A stretch of DNA of 64,000 bases, from NCBI GenBank assembly GCA_964016885.1, contig OZ024749.1:14756001-14820000 (forward strand). Direction: 5' to 3'. Both the position numbers and the translations under genes were made by a program. Shown in pieces: positions 1-14,331 of this stretch (the first letter of the stretch is position 1; every line of letters starts with the position of its first letter). Below the pieces are notes generated by a model. The model searched no databases and was not told the origin of the DNA. It saw only the letters and a list, made by a program, of their open reading frames with translations. The DNA comes from Eledone cirrhosa (taxonomy: Eukaryota).

Positions 1-490
1 ATAACATTCACATTACTCTATATATACTATTGTATTTTCATGGTAAAGGCTTTACCTCACATAACATTCACATTACTCTATATATACTATTGTATTTTCA
101 TGGTAAAGGCTTTACCTCACATAACATTTACATTACTCTATATATACTATTGTATTTTCATGGTAAAGGCTTTACCTCACATAACATTTACATTACTCTA
201 TATATACTATTGTATTTTCATGGTAAAGGCTTTACTTCACATAACATTCACATTACTCTATATATACTATTGTATTTTTTCATGGTAAAGGCTTTACCTC
301 ACATAACATTCACATTACTCTATATATACTATTATATTCTCATGGTAAAGGCTTTACCTCACATAATATTTACATTACTCTATATATACTATTGTATTTA
401 CATGGTAAAGGCATTACCTCATAATATTTACATTACTCTATATATACTATTATATTTTCATGGTAAAGGCTTTACCTCACATAATATTGA
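1..490 (+). repeat. 60-bp tandem repeat (~8 copies) amplified inside a TTAA MITE
   Basis: Unit ataacattcacattactctatatatactattgtattttcatggtaaaggctttacctcac; continues into the MITE right end at 621. Confidence 0.9.
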
Positions 491-1137
491 ATCTGAGATT
501 TTGATATTTATTTTGAGAACAATACCTTAATATCAGTATGAGTGGCCCGTTACAGTTGGTTCAAACAGAAAGAGATGAGAATTTTGGCCGGATATGGCCA
601 GTTTAAATGTTAAAGGGTTAAAGAATGAGACACACAAAGTAGAGTAGGGACAACTACGTAAGTAAGGAAATGAATTGACAGAATCAGTGGAGCATCCAAT
701 CAAAGACTTTGTGCTATTAGATCCAGCTCTCTGCATTCTAGGTTGAAATCTTGCCGACATCAACTTTACCTTTCATCCTTTCAAAGATCTTTTTTTTTTT
801 TGTCGGATAGTAGTACAAAGATATGTAGGTAGTACTGGTGCAGTGGGTGGTAGTGGTTGGTTAGGTGGTAGTTATAGGATGGTAGGAGTTAGTGGTAGTG
901 GGGGGTTAGTTGATTGTTTATGGAGGTGGTTGAGTGGTGGTGGCATGGTGTGTGTCTGAGTGTGTATGTCTATGTGTCCGAGTGTGTCAGAGTATGTGTG
1001 TACGTATGAATCTCTATACATGTGTGCATGTATGTGTATGTGTGGGAGCACAACTTACCTTTGTATGTGTGCCTGTATGTATGTATGTGTGTGTCTATAT
1101 GTATGTACAAGTGTGTGTGTGTGGGACCACAACTTAC

Positions 1138-1280
1138 CTTTGGCTCAGGAATATTGGACATTTGTTGAAATAATTTTCTCTCCACCTCTAATTCGGCCCC
1201 ATTCTCAGTAGTGGACGCTGATGGTGGTGTGTTGGCCATGTTGTTTTGTTGGTGGATGTCTCCGTTGACAGAAATGTTTA
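1138..1280 (-). CDS. FNDC3: Exon of FNDC3-like (fibronectin type III domain-containing 3 / mtgo-like) gene, just before the first FN3 domain
   Basis: Acceptor ttacttttgcag, donor AAG|gtaagt. 143 nt, phase 1 to 0, encodes (V)NISVNGDIHQQNNMANTPPSASTTENGAELEVERKLFQQMSNIPEPK. The end resembles the recalled FNDC3A segment EETKAFEALLSNIVKPV preceding FN3-1 (from memory, not a search). Confidence 0.75.
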
Positions 1281-1371
1281 CTGCAAAAGTAACAAGACAA
1301 ACTGAAGGTGAGGAGGAGGACAAGAAGAAGGTGATGGGCTTATTAAGACATCTCTCTCTCTATATATATAT

Positions 1372-1890
1372 ACGGAGTAGGCAGACCCAGAGAAACCTGG
1401 GACGATTTGATAAATTCCGACCTCACACACACCTCTCCAAGACAATGTCACTGGACTGAGATCTTTGGTGCTACACAGTAATACAGAAGACACGCCTTGC
1501 CTATGTACAAAGCGAAACCTACAGTCAGTAGGCACCTCCTAACCAAATATACACCCTCATCCCACCCCTTTCTCTGTAAAGTTATGCTGGTACCACAACA
1601 TCCAGTACTAAATAAATCAGACTGTGTAAGTGTCACGACAAAAAAAAAAAAAAAAAAAAAAAAAAAACGCAGTCCATGTTGTAATGTGGCCGTGTAGGTA
1701 ACACGGTAAAAAGTTCCCAGTTCCACACTGTAAACGTGGTTGGTGTTAGGAGGGGCATCCAGCCGTAGAAAACATGCCAGAGAGTCCTATACGAGTGTAA
1801 CACGGCCACCCGACCAACCTTGCCTCAAGTGGGACAACTCCCGTCTAAACCCATGCTAGCGTGGAAGATAGACATTAAACGATGATGATT
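1372..1890 (+). mobile_element. 5'-truncated RTE LINE copy (ORF end + 3' UTR)
   Basis: Matches 34300-34800 (HLSKTMSLD coding stretch, 3' UTR, (gat)n tail). Confidence 0.9.
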
Positions 1891-2033
1891 ATATATATAT
1901 ATAGGTTATTATGTTAGTAACTTCTAGTGTTGATTAAGAGTCGGGATCCAATCGCATGATCAAACCTGGGCTGATCGATACAAAAACAATTGTAATATGA
2001 AATAAAGTTTACAAAAAGCTGCAATTCTTATTG

Positions 2034-2087
<54 letters not shown>

Positions 2088-2419
2088 TAAACGGAAAAGA
2101 AAATGCTGACAAATTGTTCCCAGTGAAAAATATTTTAATTAGGAATAAGTAAAAATTAGTAATAAGTAAAAATTAGTAATAGTATTGGTTAGTATTCAGA
2201 GAGAGAGAGAGAACTTGTTTTTGCCTGTAGCATTTAACATAAACAAATGTCCATCTGAAGAAACCACTCCCATAGCAGCAACAAATGCAGATACTGCATT
2301 GTGGTTTGCTTAAGGCTAGCCATGGAAATAATTATAATGAATAAATGCTTTATGTAATCAGAGCACCTCTCTTAATGTTATTCTTATGTATGTATGTATA
2401 TATGTGTGTGGGGGGGGGG

Positions 2420-2454
<35 letters not shown>

Positions 2455-2537
2455 TGTGTGTGGTGTGTGTGTGGTGTGTGTGTGGTGTGTGTGTGGTGTG
2501 TGTGTGGTGTGGTGTGGTGTGTGTGCGTGTGTGTACA

Positions 2538-3152
2538 TGTTCCCAGTTGGTGCTACTGGTAACATGTATCCCAGTACAACCTGTCTCATGGTCGGGTCAT
2601 TGGCGACTAAACTGGCAACCTCACCAAGGTTTCTTGGTGAGGAGGGTGACTTTGGACATCCTGCAGGACTAAAAACAAAACCTGTCAAAGGGCAAAGGAA
2701 CTCTTAAGAGTCAATGGCCATCCAAAATCACCGGGAGAGATGACCCCTTAGCCTTTGTCAAGGCAGAATTCTAGGAGAAGGAAAACTCTGATATAACACC
2801 TGCAACCCTGATGGTATGCAATGATGTTGACTTGTTCTTCTTTTTGGTAAATATCATCTTGGTTAAGAGAGTGGGACTGGCTTTGTGCAGTGCCTTTGCT
2901 CACTATAAAAGCTTCACGGCACAGGCATTGCTTTATATCTGGAGATCTCTCTGCACTTGTTGTCACATGGTACCATGGGCCCAGCACTATGTGTCAATAA
3001 TTGTCACAAGTGTAGTGTTTGTACCAGAGTTTTCAAGTCGCTGGCTGAACTAAAAAGTCACACTCGTTCAGCGCTTCGGTAGGGGTTCTCCTACATGGAT
3101 ATAAAGTAGTGGCCGTACTCTAAAACGAGTTGGCAGCCACCATGTATGTATG
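2538..3152 (+). mobile_element. Non-autonomous bipartite RTE/BovB-like retroposon (5' UTR-like part + C2H2-coding 3' end, (ATGT)n tail)
   Basis: RTE-like 5' motif ctaggagaaggaaaactctga; 3' part encodes CSVCTRVFKSLAELKSH. Diverged relatives at 4075-4290 and 55088-55562. Confidence 0.65.
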
Positions 3153-3465
3153 TATTTTCTGGTTTTATAATTTCACAAGGTTTTACCAATAGAGAGAGAG
3201 TCGGTTTCTAACAGACACAAGACTCTCTCATTGGAATTTACACAACATCAACTAGGTAGATATGTATGTATGCATGCATGTGTAGATATGGATGTTATTG
3301 TATGTGTGAATGTGTATGTTTTGAGATGTATGTGTACATGTGTATATGCTTTGTATCTGTACATGTGTATATGCAGTTATTAGATGCAAAATTTTGGGAA
3401 TGTTTTACATATTTTTACTGTTCCATTAATGGATTGTACTTGTAGTTTCCTAATGTATGTATGTA

Positions 3466-3810
3466 TGATGGTATCCAATGATGTTGACTTGTTCTTCTTT
3501 TTGGTAAATATCATCTTGGTTAAGAGAGTGGGACTGGCTTTGTGCAGTGCCTTTGCTCACTATAAAAGCTTCATGGCACAGGCATTGCTTTATATCTGGA
3601 GATCTCTCTGCACTTGTCGTCACATGGTACCATGGGCCCAGCACTATATGTCAATAATTGTCACAGGTGTAGTGTTTGTACCAGAGTTTTCAAGTCGCTG
3701 GCTAGACTAAAAAGTCACACTCGTTCAGCACATCGGTAGGGGTTCTCCTACATGGATATAAAGTAGTGGCCGTACTCTAAAACGAGTTGGCAGCCACCAT
3801 GTATGTACGT
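3466..3810 (+). mobile_element. Second, 5'-truncated copy of the bipartite retroposon
   Basis: Near-identical to 2809-3152. Encodes a complete C-x2-C-x12-H-x4-H finger at 3668-3733. Confidence 0.75.
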
Positions 3811-3813
3811 ATG

Positions 3814-3844
<31 letters not shown>

Positions 3845-4309
3845 TTCCTAAGTTGCCTTCTTCTAAAAGAATGCCCTGACAAAGGCTAGGGGTTCTTCAT
3901 TCCCAGTGGTTTAACCGCGCAATCGGGTATCCAGCCTGATTATTTCTATGACCCCACACATATATACACATACGTATACATGCATATGATAATTGCAAGC
4001 TCTGCTAAAAATATTGCAATCATTTGTCAGATTATAGAGATTGGTGCACTTTTAGGCTAACTCCAACATAAAACCTGCAGCTCAGTAGTTACCGATGATG
4101 TTGATCTTTCTTCTTTTCGGGTTATAGTTACTGTCACTCAGAGAGTGGGATTGGCTCAGTGCACAGTCTTTCCTCACTTCAAAAAATATCTTCACACACA
4201 GGCATTGCATGATAACTTAACTGATAATTATTAATAATGTTATATCGTGCAATGGCCATACTTGATAATGAGGGGGCAGCCATCATGTATAGATATATAT
4301 ATGTATATA

Positions 4310-4349
<40 letters not shown>

Positions 4350-5324
4350 TATATAACCAAATGTTAATAAGGTTCATTGATTACTCAATGAATATAGTTT
4401 TACAATTGATTCAAAGCACTCAACAAAGAAGTTTTCTGGAGTTATTAATATATATATATAATGAAGGAGGTGTGGTAAGGAACCAGATGGACCATAATGC
4501 ACCAGAGTACTCAATACTTAGGGTAGTAGAGTGGGTAATAGGAAAATGTTTGACCCCGACGGCAGAGCTCAAGCCGTTTCGATGGCTTGAGCTTTGCCAC
4601 CGGGGTCAAACATTTTCCTATATTTATATATATATATATAAATTTTAGTACAGCATTAACAAAGCTTTAGAACACGGCCAAGCTAACGAATGCATAATCG
4701 GTCTGTAGCTTTAGCACTCGGATGAGGAAAGACCCCCAGTGTAATAACATTATGTTCAGACAGCTTAGCAAATCAGATATAGCGGTCGGCAGTCCAGCCG
4801 CATCACTAGAGCAACGAAAATACAGGACCCAGGAAAAGATATACAAATATATATATATATTATAAGAACAGATTAAAGTTTAAGCAAAGAATCGCTGCTT
4901 TCACCCTTTTATATATATAATCCTTATCAAGCCCTCTTTGGATTTTAGTCTTCACATTTATTATTACTATATATATATATATATTTATAAGACAACATCC
5001 CTAGTGTTTGGTGACCTACATGATAAATGCACCCACTATAAGCTGTAAAGTGGTTGCTTATAGGAAGGGCATCCAGCCATAGAAATCTTGCCAAACAAAG
5101 GGTTGGGAGGAACCTCAATTGTGTCAAAAGCATGAGGACCTCTGCAGTGTGGTGGAACGCGAGACATAGGGTGAAACACAGATCTCTGGCCTGACTAGGA
5201 GGTCAGTGGCTCTACTTCAGTACTAACTTGGTCTACATTGAGTTCAAATCCCGACCGTGGTCAACTTTCGTCGTTACAGGGTCAAATAAATCAAGTACCA
5301 GTTAAGGACTAGGATGGGAGGGGG

Positions 5325-5735
5325 GTGGCACGTGGACTAGTGTTAAGGATGTTGGATTTAAGATCATAACATCATGGGTTCCATTCCTGGACTGGGTTGT
5401 GTATTGTATTCTTGAGCAAAACACTTCATTTCACATTGTCCCAGTATACTTAGCTGAAAATGAATACCAGCAATAGCTGGAGGTTTAACCCCGTGATGGA
5501 AAAGTGTCTTATAAGGGGGGAAGCCTAGCCTTGCACTCTCTGTCACTTAATGCCACGGAAACTGGAATAGGCACCAGCCTGATGAGCATCCAGGTTTGAG
5601 ACAGACTTTACACTGCGATAGACTGACATTTTGTCCAGGGGAGGGGGGGGGGGGTCTTGTACTCTCAGTCACTTCAGACCATGGAAACTGGGATAAGGAC
5701 CAGCTGATGAGCCTCAAGTCTCAAGACAGACTTTA
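5325..5735 (+). mobile_element. tRNA-headed SINE with duplicated Nin-like central domain
   Basis: tRNA-like head, cttgagcaaaacactt core, two copies of gtcactt..ggaaactgg..cagc(c)tgatgagc..agacagacttta. Confidence 0.6.
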
Positions 5736-6024
5736 GACTTTTAGAAGTACTGGGGTTAATATATTAGATTTTTCACCTTCCCCCAAGACGCTGGCCTTGT
5801 ACCAATGTGAGACAGAATTATTATGGTGATGATGGTGGTGATGTTAATAATGGTAAACATTAACTCTTTTGATGCCAAACTCCCAGAAACCACCCCAGAT
5901 TCTACACTAAAATATTCCATCATAATTTTAAGCAAGAACCTTTAAAAATCATAGGTAGTGTTTTTCATTGGAAATATGGTAATGAAAGGGTTAAAGTGTT
6001 TATATTTATCTAATTTTCTCATTA

Positions 6025-6666
6025 TTAACCCTTTACCATTTACATACAGTTTACTCAGCTGTAGAAATGAGATGATAAAGACTGGGTTCCCTATCATTCC
6101 ACTGCAAAGTGGTCGTGGAGGTGCCATGGAAAAAAAGCACCCAGCACTCACTGTAAATGAGGTTGGTGTTAGGAAAGGCATCCAGCTGTAGAAATCAAGC
6201 CAGAATCAGTTCCCGTCCCACCCTTGCAAGCAGGGAAAAGCGGACGTAAAATGATGATGATGATGATGATGATGATTACTCTATATGTACTATTGTATTT
6301 TCACAGTAAAGGCTTTATCTTACATAATATTGAATCTATGAGATTGATATTATTTATTTTGATTGGTGGATTGGCAGTATCAGTAGAGGGTCGGACGCCA
6401 TGCTTTCCAGCATAGTTACGTCCCTTTACGATCTGAGTTCAAATCCCGCCGAGGTTGACTTTGCCTTTCATCCTTACGGGGTCGATAAAATTAAGTACCA
6501 GTAATGCACTGGGTAATTGCTGGCCTTGTGCCTAAAGTAGAAACAATTATTTATTTTGAGAACAATACCTTAACATCAGTATGAGTAGCTAGTTATAGTT
6601 GGTTTGAACAGAAAGAGGTGAGTGAATTCTGGCTGGACACAGCCAGTTTAAATACTAAGGGGTTAA
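6025..6666 (+). mobile_element. TTAA-flanked (piggyBac-type) MITE carrying two nested retroposons
   Basis: ttaa-ccctttaccattt ... aaatactaagggg-ttaa. Uninterrupted relative at 39168-39380, partial ones at 1-621 and 44667-44790. Confidence 0.75.
6363..6552 (+). mobile_element. tRNA-derived SINE with TSD
   Basis: B-box gagttcaaatcc, body gttgactttgcctttcatcc, tail gccttgtgcctaaagtagaaacaattatt, TSD attatttattttga. Confidence 0.85.
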
Positions 6667-7374
6667 AATTATGATGAAAGGTTGTTTTTTTTTTTAGATG
6701 ACTACAAAATTTAAAAATAAACACTTCTTTATCATAGATTGATGGATGGTTCGAGGCAGCTGGTATCAGAATGGTTCTCATGGGCAGTTTTAGGGTATAT
6801 TAAATAGGGAAGGTTGGTGTGAAAAGGGTTAAATTATTCAGGGTGATATTAGGGTTTATTACATAGAATCAGGGGTAGTTTTAGGGAGTAAGTTGGTACC
6901 AAAGAAGTTAAATTATTCAGTGAGATATCAGCTAGTATAACCATACTAGGAAGTAGTTCTTATGAGTTGGAATGAAGGAAGTAGGTAGACCCCTACTAAA
7001 CATAGTTAAGTACTTAATGTACTTAATGACTTCATCAGGGACTAGTGAGTGAAGGTAGGGATATTGGGAGTGGTGTGGGTGGTGATGGTAGTGATAATAG
7101 AGGTAGTGTAGGTAGTGCTACTGGTGGTGGTGGTTGAGGTGCTTCCACCCACCCCCTCATTGTTCTACAGGCAAATTCAGCCACCCCCCACCTCCCTCTA
7201 AGAAAGACTAAATTGTGTTTACAAGAAATTCTGACCAATCCTTTTGACAACTAAAATCTTCCCATATAAGGAATTACCCCTTGAAAAGTTTGGCTATTTA
7301 TTAACAACCTAAAAATTCTAATTTAGTCCAGAAATAGTTGAAATGGCTGAGGCTCTGCCTTAGGGGTTAAACAT

Positions 7375-7433
<59 letters not shown>

Positions 7434-8214
7434 TATATACACATATATATATATATATACATATTTATATACACATATATATATATATACATATTTATAT
7501 ACACATATATATATATATACATATTTATATACACATATATATATATATACATATTTATATACACATATATATATATATACATATATACATATACATATAT
7601 ATATATATACATATATACATATATATATATACATATATACATACATATACATATATATACATATATACATATATATATACATATACATATACATATATAT
7701 ATACATATATATATACATATACATATACATATATATATATATATATACATATATATACATATATATATATATACATATATATATACATATACATATATAT
7801 ATACATATACATATACATATACATATATATATACATATATATATACATATATATATACATATATATATACATATATATATACATATACATATATATATAC
7901 ATATATATATACATATATATATACATATATATATACATATACATATATATATACATATATATATACATATATATATATATACATATACATATATATACAT
8001 ATACATATACATATATATATACATATATATACATATATATATACATATATATACATATATATATACATATATATACATATATATATACATATATATACAT
8101 ATACATATATATATATATACATATATACATATATACATATATATACATATATATACATATATATACATATATATACATATACATATATATATATATATAT
8201 ATATACATATATAC

Positions 8215-8399
<185 letters not shown>

Positions 8400-8436
8400 C
8401 ATATATATACATATATATATATATACATATATATAC

Positions 8437-8609
<173 letters not shown>

Positions 8610-8610
8610 C

Positions 8611-8641
<31 letters not shown>

Positions 8642-8787
8642 CATATATATACATATACATATATACATATATATATACATATACATATATACATATACAT
8701 ATATATACATATATATATATATATATATGAACAAAATGGCGTAGGATAGAAGAAAGGAAAGGCACAGAAACGAAGAAAGAAATCCCC

Positions 8788-8832
8788 AGTCACTGAAGAG
8801 GTCACAGAGTGTGTGACGAAAGAACTATGACT
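8788..8832 (+). ncRNA. Degenerate minimal type I hammerhead (further family)
   Basis: agtca-CTGAAGA-g gtcaca gagtg tgtgac-GAAAG-aa-CTA|tgact, with one unpaired G at the base of stem II. Confidence 0.55.
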
Positions 8833-9047
8833 ATATATATATAAACAACTATCTGGTTGTGGAACCAACCAACCAACCAGAAATTTATAAATTTGTAAAT
8901 TTATAAATATATATTAAATTAAATTGAAGTGAAAGCAACTGGTGCGTGTGTTTCTTATTGGCAACATGACCCTCCCAAAGTATAACAATATCGGTTTCAA
9001 CACACGATTTCAGATAAAGAATCTTGCTAAACAAATTCAGAAACGAA

Positions 9048-9111
<64 letters not shown>

Positions 9112-9343
9112 ATACATATATATACATATATATATATAAATATATACATACATATATACATACATATATATACATATATACATATATATACATATATACA
9201 TATATATACATATATACATATATATACATATATACATATATATAAATATATACATATATATACATATATACATATATATAAATATATACATATATATACA
9301 TATATACATATATATACATATATACATATATATACATATATAC

Positions 9344-9390
<47 letters not shown>

Positions 9391-9496
9391 CATACATATA
9401 TATATACATACATATATATATATATACATACATATATATATATATACATACATATATATATATATACATACATATATATATATATACATACATATA

Positions 9497-9551
<55 letters not shown>

Positions 9552-9601
9552 ACATACATATATATATATATACATACATATATTTATACATACATACATA
9601 T

Positions 9602-9650
<49 letters not shown>

Positions 9651-9716
9651 CATACATATATATATATATATATACATACATATATACATATATATACATA
9701 CATACATATATATATA

Positions 9717-9800
<84 letters not shown>

Positions 9801-9843
9801 CATATATATATATACATATATATATATACATATATATATATAC

Positions 9844-9874
<31 letters not shown>

Positions 9875-9901
9875 CATATATATATACATATATATATATA
9901 C

Positions 9902-9950
<49 letters not shown>

Positions 9951-9959
9951 CATATATAC

Positions 9960-10008
<49 letters not shown>

Positions 10009-10076
10009 CATATATATACATATACATATATATATACATATATATACATATACATATATATATACATATATATACA

Positions 10077-10110
<34 letters not shown>

Positions 10111-10562
10111 CATATATATATACATATATATATACATATATATACATATATATACATATATATATACATATATATATATACATATATATATATACACATA
10201 TATATATATATATACAATATATATATACATATATATATACACATATATATATACACATATATATATATATATATACACATATATATACACATATATATAT
10301 ACATATATATATATATACATATATACACATATATATATACATATATATATACACATACATATATATATACATATATACACATATATATACACATATATAT
10401 ATATATATACATATATACACATATATATATATATACATATATACACATATATATATATACATATACATATATATATACATATACATATATATATACATAT
10501 ATATATATATATACATATACATACATATATACATATATACATATATACATATACATATATAC

Positions 10563-10675
<113 letters not shown>

Positions 10676-10752
10676 CATATATATATACATATATATATAC
10701 ATATATATATATATACATATATATATACATATATATATACATATATATATAC

Positions 10753-10842
<90 letters not shown>

Positions 10843-10890
10843 ATACATATACATACATATATATATATATATATACATACGTATACATAC

Positions 10891-10937
<47 letters not shown>

Positions 10938-10938
10938 C

Positions 10939-10987
<49 letters not shown>

Positions 10988-11282
10988 CATATATACATAT
11001 ATATATATATATACATATATACATATATATACATATATACATATATACATGTATATACATATACACATATATACATATATATACATATACATACATATAT
11101 ATATATACATATACATACATATATACATATACATACATATATATATATACATACATATATATATATACATACATATATATATATACATACATATATATAT
11201 ATACATACATATATATATATACATACATATATATATATACATACATATACATATATATACATATACATATATATATATACAT

Positions 11283-11327
<45 letters not shown>

Positions 11328-11335
11328 TATATACA

Positions 11336-11775
11336 CATTGTGTGCAGAGGATATACAATGTGTGCAGAGGATATACGCAGACTAGAGAGGAACGAAGCTT
11401 GCATGCTCTGCTGGATGTGTAATAGTAATATACGCGAACGGCAAAGCATAAACGAACTAAGGAAAAAATTAGAAATAAGAGGGATCAGATGTTGTTTACT
11501 AGAGAGAAGTCTACGTTGGTACGGTCACGTGATGCACATGAAAGACGACAGCTGTATAACAAAGTGCAGGGGAATAAAGATAGATGGTAGCCACAGAGTA
11601 GGCAGACCCAGAAAGACCTGGGACGAGCTGATAAATTCCGACCTCACAGACTTACACCTCTCCAAGACAATGTCACTGGACCGAGACCTTTGGCGGTAGT
11701 CAGTAATAGAGAAGACCCGCGTTACCTAAATACAAAGTAAAACCTACTACAGTCAGTAGGCATCTCTAACAAAAT
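11336..11775 (+). mobile_element. RTE LINE fragment (ORF C-terminus)
   Basis: Encodes [16 protein letters not shown]...[15 protein letters not shown], near-identical to 34064-34455. Confidence 0.92.
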
Positions 11776-11947
11776 ACATATATATATATACATACATATA
11801 TATATATACATATATACATATATATACATATATATACATATATACATATATATATATACATATATATACATATACATATATATATATACATATATATACA
11901 TATATATATATACATATATATACATATATATATATACATATATATAC

Positions 11948-11980
<33 letters not shown>

Positions 11981-12302
11981 CATATATATACATATATATA
12001 CATATATATACATATATATACATATATATATACATATGCATATATACATATGTATACATATATATACATATATACATATATATATACATATATATATTAT
12101 ATATATATACATATATATACATATACATATATATACATATATATATATATACATATATATACATATACATATATATACATATATATATATATACATATAT
12201 ATACATATATATATATATACATATATATACATATATATATATATACATATATATACATATATATACATATATACATATATATATATATATACATACATAT
12301 AC

Positions 12303-12346
<44 letters not shown>

Positions 12347-12380
12347 ATATATATATACACATATATATATATATATACAC

Positions 12381-12431
<51 letters not shown>

Positions 12432-12562
12432 CACATATATATATATATATACATATATATATACATATATATACATATATATATATATACACATATATAT
12501 ATATATATACATATATATATACATATATATACATATATATATATATACATATATATATATAC

Positions 12563-12609
<47 letters not shown>

Positions 12610-12711
12610 CATACATATATACATATATATATACATATATATACATATATATACATATATATATATTATATACATATATATACATATATATACATATATA
12701 TACATATATAC

Positions 12712-12742
<31 letters not shown>

Positions 12743-12856
12743 CACATATATACATATATATACATATATACACATATATGCTATTAAGTTAGACATGGCC
12801 TGGGCCAATACTGGCCAAAACATTTCAAAGTTATTCAAAGTTATACATATATATAC

Positions 12857-12919
<63 letters not shown>

Positions 12920-12926
12920 CATATAC

Positions 12927-12980
<54 letters not shown>

Positions 12981-13102
12981 ACATATATACATATATACAT
13001 ATACATATATATATACATATACATATATATACACATATATATACATATACATATATATACATATATATATATATACATATATATACATATACATATATAT
13101 AC

Positions 13103-13168
<66 letters not shown>

Positions 13169-13353
13169 ACATATATATATATATACATATATATACATAT
13201 ACATATATATACATATATATATATGATACATATATATACATATATATATATACATATATATACATATATATATATATACATATATATACATATATATACA
13301 TATATACATATATATATATATATACATACATATACATATATATATATATACAT

Positions 13354-13387
<34 letters not shown>

Positions 13388-13403
13388 ATATATATATATA
13401 CAC

Positions 13404-13436
<33 letters not shown>

Positions 13437-13547
13437 CACATATATATATATATACATATATATATACATATATATACATATATATATATATACACATATA
13501 TATATATATATACATATATATACATATATATACATATATATATATAC

Positions 13548-13610
<63 letters not shown>

Positions 13611-13705
13611 CATACATATATACATATATATATACATATATATACATATATATACATATATATATATATATATACATATATATACATATATATACATATA
13701 TATAC

Positions 13706-13736
<31 letters not shown>

Positions 13737-13850
13737 CACATATATACATATATATACATATATACACATATATGCTATTAAGTTAGACATGGCCTGGGCC
13801 AATACTGGCCAAAACATTTCAAAGTTATTCAAAGTTATACATATATATAC

Positions 13851-13913
<63 letters not shown>

Positions 13914-13920
13914 CATATAC

Positions 13921-13972
<52 letters not shown>

Positions 13973-14004
13973 ACATATATACATATACATATATACATAT
14001 ACAT

Positions 14005-14038
<34 letters not shown>

Positions 14039-14118
14039 ACACATATATATACATATACATATATATACATATATATATATATACATATATATACATATAC
14101 ATATATATACATATATAC

Positions 14119-14149
<31 letters not shown>

Positions 14150-14331
14150 CATATATATACATATACATATATATACATATATATATACATATATATACAT
14201 ATATATACATATATACATATATATATATACATATATACACATATATACATATATATACATATATACATATATATATATATACATATATACACATATATAT
14301 ATATACATATATCTATATACATATATATATA

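Noticed and set aside
4712-4745. cact-CGGATGA-g-GAAAG...agtg hammerhead-like string
   Set aside because: Core mutated, no stem II and no valid cleavage triplet.
5575-5720. Two CTGATGAG motifs as hammerheads
   Set aside because: No GAAA/stem III arrangement follows; they belong to the SINE central domain.
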